Source: Haliotis rubra (lineage: Eukaryota). Taken from it: DNA of 64,000 nucleotides. Positions within the stretch are counted from its first letter, which is position 1; each line of letters opens with the position of its first letter. Location of the stretch: assembly GCF_003918875.1 (NCBI RefSeq), contig NW_025764891.1:9052001-9116000 (forward strand). Reading direction: 5' to 3'. The position numbers were made by a program, and so were the translations under genes. Under the pieces are notes generated by a model. It was not told the origin of the DNA. It worked only from the letters and a program-made list of their open reading frames with translations, and made no database searches. Below, piece by piece: positions 51,381 to 61,380 of the stretch.

Positions 51381-54300
51381 ATGACTGACATTGATGTGCA
51401 CGTGTGTTATGCTGTGTTGCATGTTCGTGTCTACAATTCTGTGCCAACCGTCCGACCCGTTCAGTAGCTTCACAGGGCGGTGAGGTAGCCTGGTAATTAA
51501 AGCGTTCGCTCGTCACGCCGAAGACTCGGGTTCGATTCCCCACATAGGTACAATGTGTGGAGCCCACTTCCGGGGTCCCCCGCCGTGATATTGCTGGAAT
51601 ATTGCTAAAAGCGGCGTGAAACCATACTCACTCACTCACCCAGTCGCTTCACAGGACAAGTACACCTGGGGACGGCAGTGGCACACCATATGAAGACACT
51701 AATTAGGAACAATACGTACAGATATCCAATCAAAGTATTTATTTGTGTATTTGGAACGAGAAAATCCAAACTTGTCAATTTATTGTCTGGGAAATGCCCT
51801 TGATATTAAAACATTTCAATACACAGACGAAGTGACGGCCATTTGATCCAATGCAAGAAGGAGGGTGGAGAGTCGGGCAAGTTCATGTTGGGATACATAA
51901 CTACTGTTCCCTGTTGATGATCCCCGATTTCATTTGGCAATGTAAATGGCAATGGCATAGGAAATCGCCCGGTTTATCCTCACGGTGATGTCTCGGGTTG
52001 TTTCTTTAAGTGGAATTAGAAACTGGTTTGACGAAGAAGAGCAAATTTTATGGATTGAAAATCAACAAGAACATACGTGAAGGATACATGCGTTTATACA
52101 ATTGAGTGTGATTACATTGGTTCTGGATGTTGCGCATCCCTCATTTGAAAACGGTGGCAGCATCTGTGCAGTTCTCAATCCATGAAACCTGTCATTCTCC
52201 CGCTTATTAGTTCAGGAACATCAATATATTTTGCAACAACTCCTCTCCCCCAAAGACAGCAAACAAACCCAAAATAAACAAACAAAACAAAAACAAACGT
52301 CCCTCCCACCACAACCCCTCCCCAAAATAACAAAACAAAATAAACAACAAAACAAAAAACAAAAGAAAACCCCAAAATAAACAAAAAAAACCAAACAAGC
52401 AAAAACAAACAAACAAGCAAAAAAAAAACCTCCAAAACGAACTAAAAAATAACCCACAAACTCCAAACATAACAAACCCAAACAAACCCACAAAAAAATC
52501 TGTTACTGCTGCCACATGAACCTCATCCCCTGTTAAATGGTCTACTCGTACCCTGGTAACGGAACTACCATTTGGGTAAGCGTGTCTGGAGCTCGGGTTG
52601 TTAACTTCGCATACCAGTAAGCTTCATTGTAATACATGTACAAATGGTCAATATCTTTGTTGCCCCATGTCTTGAAGAACGAGATCAGCCTCTGGGCCAA
52701 GACTGGGTCTCCGTCAACGCCGAATATCTCCGTGTGGTTGCCCAGGTATTCAGGCATATATGTGTAGGCGATGGCCAGGTCGTAGGTTGGTTGAAAGTCG
52801 GGATAGAATCTCACGCCGAGATCATAGAGTGCTTGAAATGCCCGCTGAACAAAGCTGCCACAGGTCCAGGTGTCCGTCCAGTAGGGACCATCTGGAATGA
52901 AATGAATATGAGTGTGATTTAAACCCTTTAAAACATATACTGAAGTTTTTCACAGTCAGTAAGAGGCGACGTTAAGGTCGGAAATCTTATAGTTGATAGA
53001 ACTGGGTGGTCGATTATCAAGGGAATATGTGACTTTAAACTGACCAACGACTTAGCGTAAGGTTGAGAAAAGGTCAGGAATATGTGACTCCAACCAACGA
53101 CTAGTGGAGAAAAGGTCAAGAAAAGCCACTGAAAGAAAAATCAGTGGAGTGTATTACTCAGTGCAGATAAGAAATACTTACACTTCTCAGAGAGGTATAC
53201 AAAGTACGTGATCGAAACATTTTGTGAAAGATCTGTGGCTGAGTGGGTTAGATCGCTGTGCTTGCGATTTGGTGCCTCACACTGAGAGTGTGAGTTCGAA
53301 TCCCGGATGGGTCTCAACCCCAAAAGTATTAATCCCAAATATAACGCATTTTGCATTTAAAGATGAACTTCATGAACCTGCATTATTGCTGTGTTCTACA
53401 ACAAACAAAGAGACGGCAATAGTACTAGAATATGTACTTTTCTGAGAAAGTGATATATTTGACCACTTTCTAAATGGCATTCTGTATTCATTCAACAACT
53501 ACATTATATGAAGATTTACGTCTTTGTCCTGAGTTGGAAAAAAACAAATAAAAGGGAGAAGGCAAGGATGTGTCTCTTAGTACCAAATAAACGAAGCCAC
53601 TGACAATTTTAAAAGTCATGAAAACATCCTCTCCATCAATACGCTGTTTGAGGGCATTCTTTTGTGTGTCAGTCATTTTTTCAATCTTGAATTTCTCTCA
53701 AACTCGTCCGTTATGAATGGGACTGGCTGCCATGCTGAGGATGGTTTAACAAACACACTAGCGTAACCAATCAGATTGACAAACATACATCAAGGGTGTA
53801 TAATTTAAGATTGCGACAACCATGGACATATATCCATGGCTTAGGGTAGGTTCACGGAAATGCCACCCCGGATGATAGAGAATGCTCCCCAACTCACCCC
53901 TGGAACGCATCAGATGTACCGAGCCGCCATAGATACCAGTATTGTTGTCCCACGTAACCCAGTCAGAGAAAGCATTGATGATTTTGCCTGAAAAGATGTT
54001 TCCCTTTAAGTATTTTTAATTGGATAAGATAAAAATAACAGGAAATAACTGAATGTATAATACTTCCGAATTACTGCCCATCGTTGACCGGATTTATATA
54101 TTATCTCTGTGGAACATTGCCATGGATTGGTGTATACAAATTTACCATAGTTTCTCGCAGTGCCGCATTAGCTATTTAGGTATTGGTGACAATGGTGAAT
54201 CTTGTGGACCTACCGGTTGTCTTCGCCACTGGATGACGTTCTGCTGGTAGACCCTGGAAGAAACTGTTGAAACTGTCACTGAAGCATGACGCGCCTTGGT

Positions 54301-55269
54301 TACACCAGAGGAACGAATCATCCTCCAGCACCGTAGGTCAGGAGCAGTTTAAGATACCGAACATAGCGTACCAGTCCAAGGTGTAGTTGAAGCCAGTGTT
54401 GAGGTTGTAAAGGCCAATGGCGGCGTGATGAGGCATCTGAAGTGAATTAGCGAGTGTGTGAGTTGGTTTGGTTTTTACACTCAGATGTCTGCTGTCCTAT
54501 ACCTGGGCATTGAGCAGAAAAAAAGACGGTCATTTTGATTTTTTTAAGATGCACCTGGGTGACCTAGGTAAACATCTGGATGACCTTATTATGTATACGT
54601 AGGTGTGTGGTTTCATACTCTGCGTGTGCTAAAGTCGACTAACAGTTGTTATCACCGATGAGTAACGACTGGATATGGAATTTCGTGGTTCTATCTGCAC
54701 TGGTTATTTATGGCCCTTATTTGTCCTTCCTATTGACCAGTCAGATTTCATCGATCATATTACTTGCATTTGCTTCCAACAGAAGTGTTTGAGTTGATTT
54801 GGTTTCATACTCAGAGATTTTTGTGTGCTTAGGATGGAGTCGATGAGTGACGCCTGGATAGTGTGTCACATATCCTCCCGAAACAAAATAACATACAAGT
54901 TTCCACCATTGCAGAACTAGGCTGTAAATCCGTGGCTTAATGGTAGCGCCACCAGTGGCATGTGGCTAGTTATATCATTTCTTTGTCCTTCCTATTGGCC
55001 AATCAGATTTTCCCTATCATATTACTTGCATTAACTACCAACATAATGGCTGCTCCCAGTCAAGAGGAAATGATAAAAAATAAGATATAATATTGTATTG
55101 AAACGGGCATTACCTCTTCAAGTGTCTCATTATTACTTCAGCATCTTTCCTCTAGTAAATACCTATTGACGCTCGTTTGACGTTACACGTATGTTGTATT
55201 TATTGCAATCAACCCAGATATATATATTTATTTCGGGTACTGAAAGGCCACAGGCCTGTAGCACAACAC

Positions 55270-56980
55270 ATTTATAAATCAATATTTACACGCACATTGT
55301 AATATACAAGTAGAAGAGAAAATAATCAACTGTAGGTTACATTGTGTTCTGAGATATATTCTGTCCTAAACAACATGGGTTAGTAAGCAAACATGGACAA
55401 GTTTTGAAGTATAGTATGGTTTTTGTTATTTAACAATGCTGAAAATTTATAAAGGTTTGGATGGGCACAATAATATTTCTTAATATACAACTTTCTCAGG
55501 GAATTATAAGCAGGGCAAATTAAAAGAAAATGATATTCATATTCTATTTGGTTAATAACACATAATTTGCAAGTTCTATTTTCATTTTTGACATTTTTAA
55601 ATCTTCCACTTTCGATAAATAAATCATGTGAAGAACATCTTAATCTGCTTAACGCTGTCCTATACTTTTTGACGTTTAGACATGAAAGATAAATTTCGGC
55701 GTCAAAAGTACATTTAAACATCTTATAATACAAACATTTACTGGAAAGTGATAACTTTTCAAACCATTCTTGCAAATAGATATCTTTTAATCTTCGTGTT
55801 AGTTCTCAAATAAACTTACCCTCAGAATCAACATACTATTCGTTCCATACAAAACCAAACCCTTTCGAGAATAGAAAATTTCTAACAGAAGAAACCCAAT
55901 TTGTGTGTCCATTTTTATCTTATACCTATAAGAAGGCATCTTCAGTAATTTTAACCAGTATTTTATAACTCTGATATTTGAAAACAAGTGCATCGGGTAT
56001 TTACCACATGTTCCATACACCATTGTATTCATCGTATTGGATTTAGCACCAAGAAATCTTTTACATGCTTTCAATTGAACTCTTTCCATATCATTGCAAT
56101 AATTCAAACCCCATATTTCGGCTCCATACAATATAATTGGCTTAAGTTTGGCATCAAATATTTTAAAGTATGAACTTATAATCTATGTCTCCAAGTACAT
56201 TTAAATGTTTAAAGATACCTATCATGACCGTTTGTGCCTGCAAACAAGCGTAATTAACATGTGCTGTCCAAGATAAACAATTACTGAAGAACATTCCCAA
56301 ATATTTGTACGAACTGGTGCATTCTAATTCTTTACCTTTATACAACTGTTTCTCGTTTTTTCATAAACGTTCCCCTTTTTTAAAAGCTACTACTTTAGTT
56401 TTATTTCTATTTACAGTTAATTTTTATTTGTCACAATAACTCTCAAGTTCTTGTATAAGTCTTTGTAAACCTGCAACAGTGCTTGAGAATAGCACGATAT
56501 CGTCTGCAAAAAAGCAGAAGAAAAATATGTACTAGGTCAGGGTGTAACTGTATTCCATACTCACAATTGCTTTCAATTTGGGTTGCTAATTCATTTATGA
56601 AAAAGGAGAATAAAATGGGCTAAGTATGCAGCCTTGTCTTACCCCGAGTTGTAGTTCAAAGGAATCTGAGAATTCATTGTTATTCTTAACACAAGCTTTA
56701 ACATTTTCATACATATTCTGAATAATTTTTTTCATTTTAGGACTTAGACCATGGGTATTAAAAATAGGCCATAGCTTTTGTCTGTCAACTGAATCAAATG
56801 CATTTTCGAAATCAACGAAGAGTGTATAGAGTTTACCACCTTTGGTGTTGAGGTATCTCTGTATAAATACTTTGTAATATAAACATATTGTCAGTAGTCG
56901 TATATCCATGTCTAAATCCTAACTTGGATTCATTTATTTTATTCAATGCCTCTCCCCAAGTTACTAATCTTCTAATCAGC
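55270..56980 (-). mobile_element. 5'-truncated degenerate LINE (RTE-X-like) in intron 2 of copy 5
   Basis: FVDFENAFDSVDR, GVRQGCILSP, FADDIV, YKYLG, YGAEIWG and the C-terminal RCSSHDLFIESGR...CKLC...EYHFLLICPAY; multiple frameshifts. The clade call is from motif recall. Confidence 0.85.
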
Positions 56981-57411
56981 CCAGATGTGCAGGACAGTTT
57001 ACGAACCGGATTGTCGAATTCGTTACATGTGTCAACCCAAACATGACTACCATTCCAGCTAAATTCAGGTACCTCCCGTTTCTCGAGAAGATGTGTGACA
57101 CACTATTAGTGCATATTTAATCATCTGACCCAAAGTATTCAGTCAATGCTCAAATATTCTTTTTCCCCGAAGAAGGAGCCAAACAGTTTTTCCTTGGACC
57201 CAGAACACATTATGTATATTTTATTGTCTTGCTGAAACATAGGGACAGAGAGAAATTTTCGACCACTTTAAGGAACACATAACCTCTGAAATTTCAAACA
57301 GCCGGCCCTTGGAACAAGATACATGTAGATGGTGCGGACAGACAAGGAACTGAGGTATATTTACGAGATGGTTAGTGTTCATGCATGGGTTGTAAATATG
57401 TTTCACATATA

Positions 57412-57657
57412 ACCCGTGAAGATCCGGGTTAGAATTGGTCTTCAGAAACCCATGCGTGTCGTAAGAGGCGACTAACAGGATCGGGTGGTCAGGCTCTCTG
57501 ACTTAGTTGACACATGTCATCGGTTCCCAATTGCGCGGATCGATGCTCATGCTGTTGATCACTGGATTGTCTGGTCCAGACTCGATTATTTACAGACCGC
57601 CGCCATATAGCTTGAATATTGCTGAGCGCGGCGTAAAACTAAAATCACTCACTCACT
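57412..57657 (+). mobile_element. Family B SINE-like element in intron 2 of copy 5
   Basis: Full length, TSD TTTCACATAT. Confidence 0.88.
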
Positions 57658-58382
57658 CTTTCACATATTCTCTTGATATAGGTATTTTTGTCGTTGACGT
57701 TTAGGCACAGGACATCTCAAACCATTTCTGTATTTCTGGGTTGTGCATGTCTGCCCCCAACACCATCTGCATGTGGGTTAATTAAGAGTGAGTGAATGAC
57801 TTTAGTTAACGCCCCTTTTAGCAATATTCCAGCAACATCGCGGCAGGGGACACCAGAAATGAGCTTCACACATTGTACCCATGTGGGGAATCGGACCTGG
57901 GCCTTCGGCTTTAACCACTAGCCTACCCCACCGCTCTGGGTTAGTTAAGAAAGAATGTAGTGTTCTCACCACAACGTCGATGCCTGGGATGTGGACTCCC
58001 TTGTACCTCGTGCTGTAGATCATTATAACGTCGTCGTCATCAAACGTTACCATCGGCACTCCGTAGTAGCAGAAGTGTTGGTCCAGTGGGATTTTACACC
58101 GAGGATCCACTGGTGGTCTACTTTCAGAGCGTCTAGAAAATTAATGGTAAAGGTTTACAGACCTCAGCATAGCTAAGAGGTTTGTTTGCCACATAAAGGT
58201 ACATAAAGCACGACACTGGCCCAGACCAACAGGAAGGGGTGCAGGATAAAAGTTTCTTGCAACGAGTTGTTCCAAAATATACAACTGAACAAAGATTAGA
58301 ACGCAGTAATTTGTTTCTTACCTATCCCAAAATCACCTCTTCGAATTTATACATACGTTGTCTGATCTCTCAATCGCAGCGG

Positions 58383-58627
58383 GACCCGTAAAGGTCCAGG
58401 CTAGAATTGGTCTTCAGTAACCCACTTGTCGTAAGAGGCGACTAACGGGATCGGGTGGTCAGGCCCGCTGACTTGGTTGACACATGTCATCGCATCCCAA
58501 TTGTGTAGATCGATGCTCATGTTGTTGATCACTGGATTGTCTGGTCCAGACGTGATTATTTACAGACCGCCGCCATATAGCTGGAATATTTTTGAGAGCG
58601 GCGTAAAACTAAACTCACTCACTCACT
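58383..58627 (+). mobile_element. Family B SINE-like element in intron 1 of copy 5
   Basis: Full length, TSD ATCGCAGC. Confidence 0.85.
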
Positions 58628-58701
58628 ATCGCAGCTGCGCAGTAATACTTAACACAGCGGTGACATCATCGGACTGCCTGCTCACTACGCATGTTAAGGG
58701 T

Positions 58702-59075
58702 GAGGTGAGGTGAGGTGAGGTGAGGTGAGGTGAAATTGGGTTTAACGTCGTACTTGAGAATATTTCGCTCATATGACGACGTGCATGCGTGTGTATGTGT
58801 ATGTGCGGCTGCTTGTACTAGCCCAGACTTAAGCTGGTTTAATAGTGCTAGACCACTGAGATACCATGCCGCAGTGAAGCATGAATACCCCACTCAGACA
58901 CATTATACTGACACCGAGCCGACCAGTCCTTGTTGTACCCATTAATGCCGAGCGCCAGACAGGCACCAACAAGTACCATATTTTAACGTCTTTTGGTGTG
59001 ACGCGGTCGGGGATCGAACCCGCGGCCGTCCGCTCTCCGGGCGGACGCTCTAATCACTACACCACGGAGGCGGTT
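58702..59075 (-). mobile_element. tRNA-derived SINE with a Meta/MESC-like central domain
   Basis: tRNA head (GGTGTAGTGATTAGAGCG...GGGTTCGATCCCC), core GACTGGTCGGCTCGGTGTCAGTATAATGTG, (CACCT)n tail, 13-bp TSD GCATGTTAAGGGT (58689-58701 and 59076-59088). The domain name is from recall. Confidence 0.8.
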
Positions 59076-59519
59076 GCATGTTAAGGGTAAGGTATATTTT
59101 AATTATGATCTGGAAAGCAGTCCGATATTACTTTATTATCACGAACCTGGAATTGGATCCCATAGATATGTTTGATGTCGATTATTCCAACGTGAATAAG
59201 CAACAGGTAAACCACGTTAATGTGGCCATGGTTAGTCCACACTTTCTGGTCGGTCTTCATACATAGAACATAGTATTACTTTATTGCTCATTAACAAACG
59301 ACACGAAAATTCGGAAACATTTACCGATAGTCCAGTGGACACATCCCAGTTATAGATGACATATTCCTCACATGAACACATGTTCGTGGATAACAAAACC
59401 TGACACACTAACAGCACCACAAGAAACAAGTAAGTACCGTTCATTCGTTCATTGGGACAATTTATAGTTAAGTGTGCCGTTTGGAATACGGATGTTTCAC
59501 TGTAAACTGTTTCAAACCA

Positions 59520-59825
59520 GACCCGTGAAGGTCCGGATTAGAATTTTGGCCTTCAGTAGTTTGTGAGTTAGTTAGTTTTACGCCGCGCTCAGCAATATTC
59601 AAGCTATATGGCGGCGGTCTGTAAATAATCGAGTCTGGACCAGACAATCCAGTGATCAACAGCATGAGCATCAATCTGCACAATTGGGAACCGATGACAT
59701 GTGTCAACCAAGGCAGCGAGCCTGACCACCCGATCCCGTTAGTCGCCTCTTACGACAAACATGGGTTACTGAAGGCACATTTTAACCCGGACCTTCACGG
59801 GTTTGGCCTTCACTCACTCACTCAT
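59520..59825. mobile_element. Nested family B insertion (mini plus-strand element containing a full minus-strand copy)
   Basis: Outer TSD TGTTTCAAACCA (59508-59519 and 59826-59837); inner TSD TTTGGCCTTCA (59545-59555 and 59802-59812). Confidence 0.75.
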
Positions 59826-60597
59826 TGTTTCAAACCAACGAATCATGGTTATCTCACCTATGAGGTATAACATAGTCAAAACTCTGAGCCTCGACTGTCG
59901 TCTGAAAGATTCCACAGAAAAACAGTGTCAGAACTGTCAGCAACAGCAACATACTGGGTCGATGCCGGGTGATGATGTTTCTAATGAAACAAACAACCCA
60001 TTTATAGGTGGTACAGATAAAAGGAAATGATATTAATTAAAATTATTTTCATTTGTTTCTTGTGTTGACCCGAGCACGTCACTGCATGGGTTTATAGAGT
60101 TGAGTGATGACGTGAGCCTCATTTAATAATGAAAGAGAAATAGTTTGCAGCCGACATTGTATGACTACCTGGAGAGTTGCTCGTGTTGACTCGGGCACAA
60201 CACTGCATGGGTTTAAACGAAGCTTGAGTGATAGTGTGCACATGAGCCTCACATATAATAACGACAGAGAAATATTTTGTTGTCGACATCATATGATGTC
60301 AAACGGGAATAATCACCAAACCTTTCCGTTCAATTGAGCAAATTGTTTCTTTCTCTGTGACACGCTAGTAAAATAAGCACTGTGAGCATTGATCAATCTC
60401 ACTGAAGTTGGTTCTTTCCCCCTGATTCAGTTGTGATGACTTTGTGATATTGTTATATATGTGATCAAACGTTACATCAGTAACAGAATGAATTGCAAAT
60501 ATTTTGTTGCATGGCGTCATTCTCTATGCATCAATAACAGAATGATTTGACGTTGACGTTATTCTGTTTGTTGTATGTGACTTACATTGTTGTGTCA

Positions 60598-61030
60598 AGC
60601 GGCCTTCATATGGTAAACTAACGTTTGACAGCACATGCTAATTTTTTTTAAAGCTGTCAAACTCGCTCTTTCTCACGTCAAACACATGTTGTTAAACTTT
60701 CGTGTCATTTGAGCGCCATGTCTCTATCGGTGCGGTCTGTGACAAGGAGACCCAAAACATCACGTGATAATTTCGTTGACTGTGACTGGTAGTTTCTGAA
60801 CAACACGAGTTTGACAACACTTCATACGTCAAACTTAGTTTGACAACACAGAAAAATGGTGGAAAAGTTGGTGAGAATAGAGACCGATCCCATTTCTCGA
60901 CAACAGTTTGACAACCCTGAAATTGGCGAGTTGCTGGAATGTTCACACTCTCAAACACGAGTTTGACAACATACTCACTCTCTTTGACAACATGTGTCGT
61001 CAACTTAAATTTGCCATGTGAAGGCCGTTT
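60598..61030. mobile_element. MITE with imperfect TIRs (possibly PIF/Harbinger-like)
   Basis: CGGCCTTCATATGGTAAA...TTTGCCATGTGAAGGCCG, with internal GTTTGACA repeats. Confidence 0.55.
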
Positions 61031-61380
61031 TACAGTGTTGTGTTTGTTGTCTTATCTGGACATGAACGTACTTCATGTGGTTCTGATGGTTGTACACGTA
61101 GCTCTGATGGTTGTCTTTGGCTATGTTTGCGTGTGACTTTTTGGTAGTTCTGATGCTGTTATATTGGATATCCTGATGCGGGTGCGATGGGTCTCCTTCA
61201 CTAACTTTATTGGTTAGCGTAACTGGCATGGTTGTATCGGAAAAATAAAATAACCATAACAGATTTTTCAACAAAAAAAACCCCGTATTTTCACCTAATG
61301 TTTAACATATCGTAAATTTAAGATGACTTGGTAATTGGCTCTGACCTGGATTTTGGGGCATGCAAGGGTAGGAGTATTTC

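Larger units (their letters stand above)
52542..59952 (-). pseudogene. CLN5-like paralogue copy 5 with a premature stop (young pseudogene or null allele)
   Basis: Exons 59952-59858, 58132-57970, 54436-54214, 53987-53898 and 52891-52542, all splice sites intact. One in-frame TGA at 54340-54338 (LNCS*PTV) where copies 3 and 4 have CGA (Arg). Intron 2 contains a degenerate LINE. Confidence 0.85.

Noticed and set aside
28495-52891. Copies 3 and 5 as an uncollapsed haplotype duplication
   Set aside because: Only exon 5 is near-identical; exons 1-3, introns and TE insertions differ extensively.
54338-54340. Selenocysteine or programmed readthrough at the copy 5 TGA
   Set aside because: The aligned residue is Arg (CGA) in paralogues, not Cys, and no SECIS was recognised; CpG decay is simpler.
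58321-58380. Possible extra exon in intron 1 of copy 5 (strong GTAAG donor)
   Set aside because: The phase required to join exon 2 contains a stop, and exon 1 already joins exon 2 in frame.
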